Shown piece by piece: positions 54,361 to 64,000 of a stretch of DNA of 64,000 nt; within the stretch, counting starts at the first letter, position 1; each line of letters begins with the position of its first letter. The stretch covers positions 61,938,001-62,002,000 of the forward strand of contig OX597817.1 in assembly GCA_951406725.2 (NCBI GenBank). The letters are read 5' to 3'. Under the pieces are notes generated by a model, which ran no database searches, was not told the DNA's origin, and saw only the letters and a program-made list of their open reading frames with translations. Both the position numbers and the translations under genes were made by a program. Origin of the DNA: Octopus vulgaris (Eukaryota).

Positions 54361-54363
<3 letters not shown>
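54075..54363 (+). mobile_element. Perfect 106-bp fold-back element with a hammerhead in each arm, inserted in (TA)n
   Basis: Arms 54075-54180 and 54190-54295 are exact reverse complements; 9-bp spacer; 68-bp tail; (TA)n on both sides. Confidence 0.88.
54203..54262 (+). ncRNA. Type I hammerhead-like ribozyme, CCGAAGA core variant (mirror copy 54108-54167 on the minus strand)
   Basis: AGATAA-CCGAAGA-GATGTCG-loop-CGGCATC-t-GAAA-CTC-a-GAG-TT-TTATCT. Confidence 0.75.
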
Positions 54364-54426
<63 letters not shown>

Positions 54427-55044
54427 CATACATATATAATATAAATATCCACATGTATATGCATGCATATACATATATGTCTATATATATATGTGTGTGT
54501 ATGCGTATGTAAATATGGTATAAAAGCAGTAAAGCATAAATTTCAGTTTTAGTTCAAACGTTAATTGCAGCTAAAAGCAAAGCAGTAATGAAACAGAGGG
54601 AACATTTAAAGTTAGATTCTGTAAAGACATAAAGTAGAGACGTATATAAGTGGCGGAATGAGGAATCAGTTTACAAAATGATAAGAATAGACTGGTAAAA
54701 AAAAAACACAGGTAAATGTATAAAAAAGAAATATAGCAAGAAATAAATGGTCATGAAAGATAGAAGCTAATCGACGGAAGTTACTAAAGGCCTTTGGTAA
54801 AATAAAAGATAACACGCACACATTTATCCACATACGAAACCATATACATTAGTGTGTGTGTGTGTGTGTTTGCGTGTGCCTCTGTGTGTGTGCGTGTTTG
54901 TGTGCATGTGTGTGTATGCATACGCCTGTGTCAGTGTGTGTAAATGTATGTATTAATGTACATATTTATATGAATTATATTAATATATATATATACTTAT
55001 TTGTATACATACACACACACATATATATACATCCATACATACAG

Positions 55045-55079
<35 letters not shown>

Positions 55080-55302
55080 CTTATTTGCATACATTCACAT
55101 ACACATACATATAATACATGGTATATTGATTTATATGCAAATTTATAAGCATATATACACATACATATATAGACACACACATACACACACACATATATAT
55201 ATACATCCATATATACATATACATAAATATATATATATATACACTTATTTGCATACATACACACACAGACATACATATATATATATACATCCATACACAC
55301 AT

Positions 55303-55335
<33 letters not shown>

Positions 55336-55352
55336 CATATCTCTCTATATAA

Positions 55353-55386
<34 letters not shown>

Positions 55387-56010
55387 CATGTATGTATGCA
55401 TGTATTAATGCATATATGTATAACGGTGTATATATGCGTAAATGTATATGTATGCTTACAAGCATGTTTGTGAAGCTTAGTTGCATGTGAAACTTAGGCA
55501 CATGTATGTGCATGTGTGAGTAAGTGTGTATATGGTCGTATATATCGAGCTAAGTTTTCAAATAAATTCCTCTGTATATAAATTAATGTATTTGTTAATG
55601 GTTGTATAAATGAACGTTTAATTTGCGTTCATTTAGTTTTCTTTTATTTTTTTCATCTCTTTCATCTACTGCTTTTTTCTAATTCATTACTTACAACTTT
55701 AAATTAACTTTAAACTAGGTAATTCCATTAGTTCTATACATACATTCACTTATTTATGTACTTTCTTATTGATCCATTCATATTTCGGCCTTAAGCGTCC
55801 GTCTAATAGAATGATGTAGGTAATCTCTATGAAAAATCTAATGTAAGATAATCGTGTGTATATATCTGTATTTTTATATACACAGAAATTTGAGCATATA
55901 AACGTTTCAGTGTGCAGATTTTACAAATAAGTGTGTCTTTATGTAGACACTCAAGCGCATTTAAGGTTCGTACATATACATACATATATGCATGCCTATA
56001 TGTGGATATG

Positions 56011-56089
<79 letters not shown>

Positions 56090-56095
56090 GCATAT

Positions 56096-56158
<63 letters not shown>

Positions 56159-56165
56159 TATACAT

Positions 56166-56199
<34 letters not shown>

Positions 56200-56209
56200 G
56201 CATATACAT

Positions 56210-56241
<32 letters not shown>

Positions 56242-56242
56242 G

Positions 56243-56299
<57 letters not shown>

Positions 56300-56805
56300 T
56301 AATAAATACCATAAAGAAATAATAAATACCATACAGGAAAAATCTTGTCGCGAAATGTGACTGATGGTGGCGAAGCACCTATATCGCTCGCGGTAAGAGT
56401 TTAATGTTTTTATCAAATTCTAATATTCGCATTAGCGTTTCATTAAACCAGCCATAAATTTTATGGTAAAAATATATATATTGGCAGATGGATTTAGCGA
56501 AACCATTAACTGTTTCAGTAGTCCAACTGATGATGTCTGCGAAATAGGTCAAACTAGTCTAATCTAGTGATTCTAGGGATGGTCATGGTGTGGTTATCTC
56601 CCCTGTTAGTATATGTATTGCGCTTTTCTTACAACATAGTCTTTAACTCTTATTTCTACGATAATACACACACACATACACGCATAGGCACACATATATA
56701 TACATGTATGTATATATATATATACATACATATATATACATCTATATGTATATACATACATACACATATATATGTATATATACATACATACATACTTACA
56801 TGCAT

Positions 56806-56880
<75 letters not shown>

Positions 56881-57266
56881 CATAACATGAATACGTAGAT
56901 GTAGGTATATGCATGTCATCAAATCTTGATATATTCGTGTATAGATATCTATATATGCGCGTTTATATATGTGGATATATATAGATGCACGTATGTATAT
57001 ACACATATATATTCGTTTATATGTGGGTGTGAATTATCTTGTTTTTCTACCGTCTAGACCTTGCCAACTGAAGTTCGTTGTGCCTTGAGCGTATATCCCA
57101 TTCGTAAACTTGTCTTTTGCTTTGTAATCCTACCATCTTTGGGAATATTCTTTAATAGGGAAACATTGTATGCGTAAGAGACTTTTAAATACAGATTTTG
57201 ACAACTGTTCTCTTCTTCGCATGGAGTTCTTTTATGACTCAGTAATTTTGAACGTAATATATATAA

Positions 57267-57321
<55 letters not shown>

Positions 57322-57324
<3 letters not shown>

Positions 57325-57475
57325 TAATCCAAACAAGAAAACACAAAAAACACAGCAACGTGAGGACGTGGAACAAATAAAGTATTATTGGACGCTCAGG
57401 AAAAAAGGGAAGAAGGAGGGTTTAACGTTTCGAGCGGAGCTCTTCGTCGGAAACAAAGGAGAAGGAAAGATCCCA
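57322..57475 (-). mobile_element. Hammerhead-bearing short element with its 3' end at (TA)n
   Basis: 57420-57454 minus GTTT-CCGACGA-a-GAGC-tcc-GCTC-GAAA-CG-TT-AAAC; homologous to 60904-61120. Confidence 0.8.
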
Positions 57476-57647
57476 AATGAATGTGTGTTTATGCACCTAT
57501 TTATCTATTTATACATATATACATATATATATGTAGAGTGAGAGAAAGAAAGATAGCTAGATATACCTACCTACATACATGTATGCATACATACATACAT
57601 ACATACATACATACATACATACATACATACATACATACATACATACA

Positions 57648-58076
57648 TTCAAGTAACAGTATGTACCATCATAGAGGTTAGCTGTCTTTCTGACATGATT
57701 ATCTCTTTGAAAATTAAAGACAAAATGGATAACTATGGACTACTGCTTCGAAATATCCAGGTTCTATACCCAGATGATAACTCACATTCATACCTATAAT
57801 AACTGGTGCACTTGGCTTTGTCAATATATGCCTTAGTGACAAACTGAATAAGCTAGCGTTTTCAGAAAAAGAAATCGAACAGCAAATTTGCACTTTACAA
57901 ATACAGACTGTAAGTGAAACAATGAAAATATGCTAGAGTTTTTTTTAATTTAAAAAGTGACATTGTTATTTACATTTTAACGATGGAGTTTTGGAATTTT
58001 CTTAGAAACCAGTTCTTTCTCCCAAAGGAAGAATTCAAATAATTAAAAACAGAAGAGATCATACGTACAGAAGGGA
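57648..58076 (+). mobile_element. R4/Dong-like LINE 3' fragment in (TACA)n, same family as 14764-15808
   Basis: NYGLLLRNIQVLYPD..ITGALGFV..KLAFSEKEIEQQICTLQIQTVSET versus IYGQLLRNPHILYPD..IIGALGFV..KLRFSEREFDWMIHTLQEQSVSGT. Confidence 0.75.
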
Positions 58077-58225
58077 ACATACATACATATATACATACAC
58101 GCATAAACAGATTGATGATTCCCTGCATTCATGCACACATATATATATATATTTTTAAACAGTTAATAAAATTATATTTATATAATAAAATATGTATATA
58201 TACATGCGTGTGTGTTTGTGCCTAC

Positions 58226-58271
<46 letters not shown>

Positions 58272-58622
58272 GAATGCACGTACGTATATATTCATACGTG
58301 CATATATATACACATTTATACGTATGTGTGTGTGTATATATATATGTGTGCGTGTGTGTGTGTTTGTGTGACTGTGTGCGTGCGTATGTGTGTGTGCGTG
58401 TGTGTGTGCATGCGTATGTGGCTATGAGCACATATACACATACACAAACACCCATCTCCATCTGTTTTTCATTCCACAGAGCTAAAATTAACTGATCTAC
58501 CACATAACATGTCTATCAAAGCCAGAAGATAGGTCTTGCTGAGGGCTGTACAGGCATCGAGGGAATAACGCCAAGACTTAATAAAACGAGAAATTTCACG
58601 ATTAAACATGCAACACTTGTCC

Positions 58623-58756
<134 letters not shown>

Positions 58757-58782
58757 TGACAGGTATATATATATACATATAT

Positions 58783-58856
<74 letters not shown>

Positions 58857-60087
58857 TAACAAATTTACGTGAAAGAACATGTTCAGGAGTGAATACATAC
58901 AAATATAGGATCAATAGTACATGTTACATATAGTGATGACAATCAGGTGTAGTTAATTAGGAACAATTGCGGATAAGAGACGTGTGGGTTGTAATAGTAT
59001 GTATAGTAAGATCCAGATTTAGTTTCTAACAGGAATAACTTAACTTTATCTACTGCTTATTAATTAAACTATGTAATACACTCTATATTTGAAGCATTGA
59101 CTTTTTTAGCTTATATGTGAAAGCCAAGGGCTGGAAATTATAAAGAAGCTCGCAAGAATAAATATCGTATACGCACTCAGGTACACATGCATGCATATAT
59201 ACATACATACACACATACATATATACATACATACATACATACATACACACACACATACATGCATACATATATGCATGTATATGTGTGTGTATGTGTGTGT
59301 ATATGTATATATACGGCTAACTCTGAAGAGCACAGGGTTACATATTCGGATTATTACCTAACACACCTTTAACTCCTAGTGCGAAACCGATTGGTAAGAT
59401 CGACCGTAATGTATGTATAATACTGTACACTTTGATTAATATATATATATACGGAGAGAGAGAGAGAGAGACAGAGAGAGACAGAGACAGAGACAGAGAC
59501 AGAGAGAGACAGAGACAGAGAAAAGCAAAAGGGATTAAGAAATAATATAAAGTGGCTTGTATATGTATATTAATAATATATTCAAATACAGGTATATAAA
59601 ATGTCATAAGACATGAATTATTGAATCATTAAAAGTATTCCTGCCTCTAGACAATATATGACAATTACCTAATATCATTTAAGGCCAGCTTCATATGAGA
59701 AGGTAAAATGATCTCAAGAAACAAGAATTTTCTCCCAAGCTGACATGCCATTAAAGATAAAAGGATTCATTGTTTGAAGATAAGAAAGAAGTCATTAATA
59801 GGTGTTGCAGCATCAGTATTTGTCATCAGTATGAAAGTATCCTACCATGTTTTCTTCAGGCAAAGGACATAGGGATATAGAAACAGGATAAGCTACATTT
59901 TTAACCTAGCTAATTTGCATAAAATAAACATAAATGAGCTAAGAAAAATAATCGAGAGCGACCAACGACATGTATATGGACATATATATGAACAACACAC
60001 ACAGATATTACATACTATATAATATATATTTATGCATATACATAAACACAATTATTTATTTAAATGTATATATATATGTATATATAT

Positions 60088-60253
60088 AGGCGCAGGAGTG
60101 GCTGTGTGGTAAGTAGCTTGCTAACCAACCACATGGTTCCGGGTTCAGTCTCACTGCGTGGCATCTTGAGCAAGTGTCTTTTGCTATAGCCCCGGGCCGA
60201 CCAATGCCTTGTGAGTGGATTTGGTAGACGGAAACTGAAAGAAGCCTGTCGTA

Positions 60254-60308
<55 letters not shown>

Positions 60309-60533
60309 TTGTGTTTGTGTGTCTGTATTTGTTCCCCTAGCATTGCTTGACAACCGATGCTGGTGTGTTTACGTCCCCGTCACTTAGCGGTTCGACAAAA
60401 AGAGACCGATAGAATAAGTACTGGGCTTACAAAAAGAATAAGTCCCGGGGTCGAGTTGCTCGACTAAAGGCGGTGCTCCAGCATGGCCGCAGTCAAATGA
60501 CTGAAACAAGTAAAAGAGTAAAAGAGTAAAGAG
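60088..60533 (+). mobile_element. SINE family A, young full-length reference copy
   Basis: Box-A-like TGGCTGTGTGG, box-B-like GGTTCAGTC, internal (TA)n, (GTAAAAGA)n tail; at least 6 homologs in the window. Confidence 0.9.
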
Positions 60534-60857
60534 TATATGTATCTTTCTTTCTCTCTGTCTCATTCACTCTGTATATACAAATATATTCCCATATATCTTA
60601 TACTCACACACACACACGCATATATATATATAAAACTTGTATGTATATGTATAGGATTCACCGTATAACGCTAACGATTGTTTCAGTTATATTAACATAT
60701 TTTGATAAAGAATATATAAATGTGTGTTTGTGTGTGTATATCTCTCTGTGTAGGTCAATGGTGTTAGAACCCTCTTCCATTCATTTCACTTTTTTGAACA
60801 CTATTTAACGTTTCTTTATTCACTCATACTCTACATCATATACATATACATACATAC

Positions 60858-60903
<46 letters not shown>

Positions 60904-60908
<5 letters not shown>

Positions 60909-61120
60909 ATCCAAACATGAAAACACCAAGAGAAAACACAACAACGCGAGGACGTGGAACAAATATAGTATTGTTGGACGCTCAGGAAGGAAGGGCAGAA
61001 GGAGGGTTTCACGTTTCGAGCGGAGCTCTTCGTCAGAAACATAGGAAAAGGAAAGATCCAGAGAAGGGAAGACGGAGGAAAAAAAATTGCCAACGGTACA
61101 CACGCGGTTACATTTTGAAT
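60904..61120 (-). mobile_element. Hammerhead-bearing short element flanked by (TA)n
   Basis: 61006-61040 minus GTTT-CTGACGA-a-GAGC-tcc-GCTC-GAAA-CG-TG-AAAC. Confidence 0.82.
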
Positions 61121-61440
61121 TATATATATATATATGATTTAAATGAGGATAGAAGTCAAAGTGACATCACAGTTGTTTCCTTAAACGGGCTATATTTTTA
61201 TTCCATACCTCATGCAGTGTTAGTGTACACGGATGTCTATTCACATACATTTTTATAAAGAGTATTTGTTTCAAATTTTATAAGAGATATCAAGTGAAAG
61301 CTTTCAGCGTTCGATCTATTGACATATTGTAACACGCCCAAATAAAATTATTCCAAAACATTCACTTAATTGATCATGATTTCAAATCATCACGTCTGAT
61401 TAAGCGAAGCGTCTATAGGACTATTATTGCGCATGTTCAT

Positions 61441-61641
61441 ATATAACAAGGGATTGGCTTTACGCCTCACTACGCACTTTAGAAATAGACGCCAAATGCC
61501 CTATGACCACCTTAAAATCTCCGAGAATAACACACTATATTGTAGGCGAGCAAAAGAAAACTTATGAATCAACAGCTTTTCGGCATTTGGCATGTATTTC
61601 TACAGTGCGTGGTGAGGCGTAAAGCCAATCCCTTGTTATAT
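61441..61641. repeat. Fold-back with 60-bp arms and an 81-bp spacer
   Basis: 61441-61500 versus 61582-61641, about 4 mismatches. Confidence 0.88.
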
Positions 61642-61652
61642 TTATGTATATA

Positions 61653-61697
<45 letters not shown>

Positions 61698-61831
61698 CAA
61701 ACACACATACACACACACAAATACACACACGCATGCACGCACAGGAATAAACATATATATATACTGTTTTTGTATATAAATATATATGTGTGTGTCGGTG
61801 TCTGCGTAAGTATATATATATGTATGTATAT

Positions 61832-61891
<60 letters not shown>

Positions 61892-62427
61892 CATACAATA
61901 AGTTATAAATCCATAGAATTTCCAGTGTACCGTTTAATATCAAATACTTATATATTCGTTCTTTAGCAAATGTACTACATTTTGTGATTTAACAAGGAAT
62001 AAACCCAAAAGAGTCTATCCGTGTTAGTAACAGGGACTTGACTCATTGTACTAAAGGACAAATCGGAAATGGGACATGTTAGGACGGTATCACTACAAAT
62101 GATACGAATTTAGCAGATATAAATTTCTATGTCGATTTCTTGGTCGACGGAAAGATAGGAATTTTTACAGTGGTACATTTACCCGGTAAACAAGATATTT
62201 CCTGCTGGATTTCATTCAATGATTCTGTATTTTGCTTTGATTTTGAAATAATGCTTGTCCATACATCCTTCCTTCCTTCCTTCCTTCTATTCATCTATCC
62301 ATCCATCCATACATACGTACATACATACACACATAGCGAGGGAGGGAGAGAAATAGACAGAGAAGGGAGAGAGAGATTTACTATAGATATTCATATGTAT
62401 GTAATAAATCTCATTCTCTACTTGTCA

Positions 62428-62750
<323 letters not shown>

Positions 62751-62785
62751 GAAGAAACGAACAACATACATACATATTTCAAAAA

Positions 62786-62866
<81 letters not shown>

Positions 62867-63011
62867 GCGCGCGTTTGTGTGTGCATGTGTGTGTGTATAT
62901 GTGTGTACATTCGTCTAAGAATCCATGTCAGAAAAATAGCTCAGAGAAAATTTGGAGTTGTATATTTAGCAATAGATTGGGCATATTAATCCAAGTCTAC
63001 TGTATTATCGA

Positions 63012-63050
<39 letters not shown>

Positions 63051-63154
63051 AGTCAAGATAGAAAGTGCTAAAATAATTTTATAAAAAACATTTCAGTACC
63101 GGTTTCAGTGACTGAGACTTTTTCAACTGTAAGTATGAAAAACAATTAAATTTT

Positions 63155-63221
<67 letters not shown>

Positions 63222-63287
63222 CATACATACGCATACAATATATGTGTGTATTCATATGTGGATAGATAGATAAATAGATAGACAGAC

Positions 63288-63358
<71 letters not shown>

Positions 63359-63459
63359 GGAATCACATGGTCACTTACACAGACAAATAAATACAGGCAC
63401 ACACCTTCACAAATCGACACGCACATTTTCTCGCTATAGATGATATTTACAATTCCACA

Positions 63460-63760
63460 TAAACCTGGGCCATTCGCAACTGAATCTGATCAGATAAATT
63501 TGCGATAAAGATGTGCAGGGACCTTCAAAGCCCTTGCATTCCCGATAGAACCATTTTGCGATATTTGGAGGTATATCTTGATTTCAAAGAAATGCCGGTG
63601 TTTCTGGTGTGGCGCCGTTGGATAATTTCCCTCGGTGAGAGAGCGGCGATTGAAAGCCTTAAGACCAGTGATTGCTGTGAGACGTCTGTCTCTTTTAAAG
63701 CCACCCTGTCAACGAACGTGATGGGTTTGGAGTTTCGGCAACCAATAGCTCGGCTACGCA
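63460..63760 (+). other. GC-richer complex block, possibly a decayed LINE RT fragment
   Basis: ILRYLEVYLD resembles the RT motif KYLGVxLD; nothing else recognisable. Confidence 0.3.
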
Positions 63761-64000
63761 TACATAGGTGCATACACAGATAGAGACACACACATACACA
63801 TATTCACATATCTAACAAGAAAAAATTAGTGAAAGTAGAAAGGGAAATAAGAACAGTGTTACAAATTTCGTAGATCAATCAAGATTGAAAAACAATTTAA
63901 TTCTATACTAAAATATAATATGAGAAAAAAAATTATAGAAACATATCTTTATACTTGGGGATGGTCATATTTTGCCAATTAAACACACGCACTATGTATG

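Noticed and set aside
56521-56556. CTGATGA..GAAA..GTC motif
   Set aside because: Stems I-III do not pair

Overview
AT-rich, microsatellite-saturated animal DNA with no recognisable intact host gene. The SINE families and microsatellite load look like an octopus or other coleoid cephalopod (inference). Almost all of the ORF track is translated simple repeat. Real coding remnants are: a Penelope-like element (RT plus C-terminal GIY-YIG, 19435-21460, minus strand), a Tx1/L1-type LINE 3' end, an ORF1-only L1/Tx1-like element nested in a SINE head, three R4/Dong-like restriction-endonuclease LINE fragments, and Helitron and several Tc1/mariner fragments. There are also about 20 tRNA-derived SINE copies. 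The main unannotated signal is a dense set of small (130-500 bp) non-coding elements, mostly microsatellite-flanked and often head-to-head fold-backs, that carry minimal type I hammerhead ribozyme motifs (about 10 full or decayed cores plus half-sites, several families). Two of them share a covarying 3' stem at the same distance from the ribozyme. The Penelope-like remnant has a ~200-codon Thr/Ala/Pro-rich insertion between the two halves of its GIY-YIG motif. One SINE subfamily carries the 3' tail of the Tx1-like LINE. All structure calls were made by eye and need covariance-model or biochemical confirmation.
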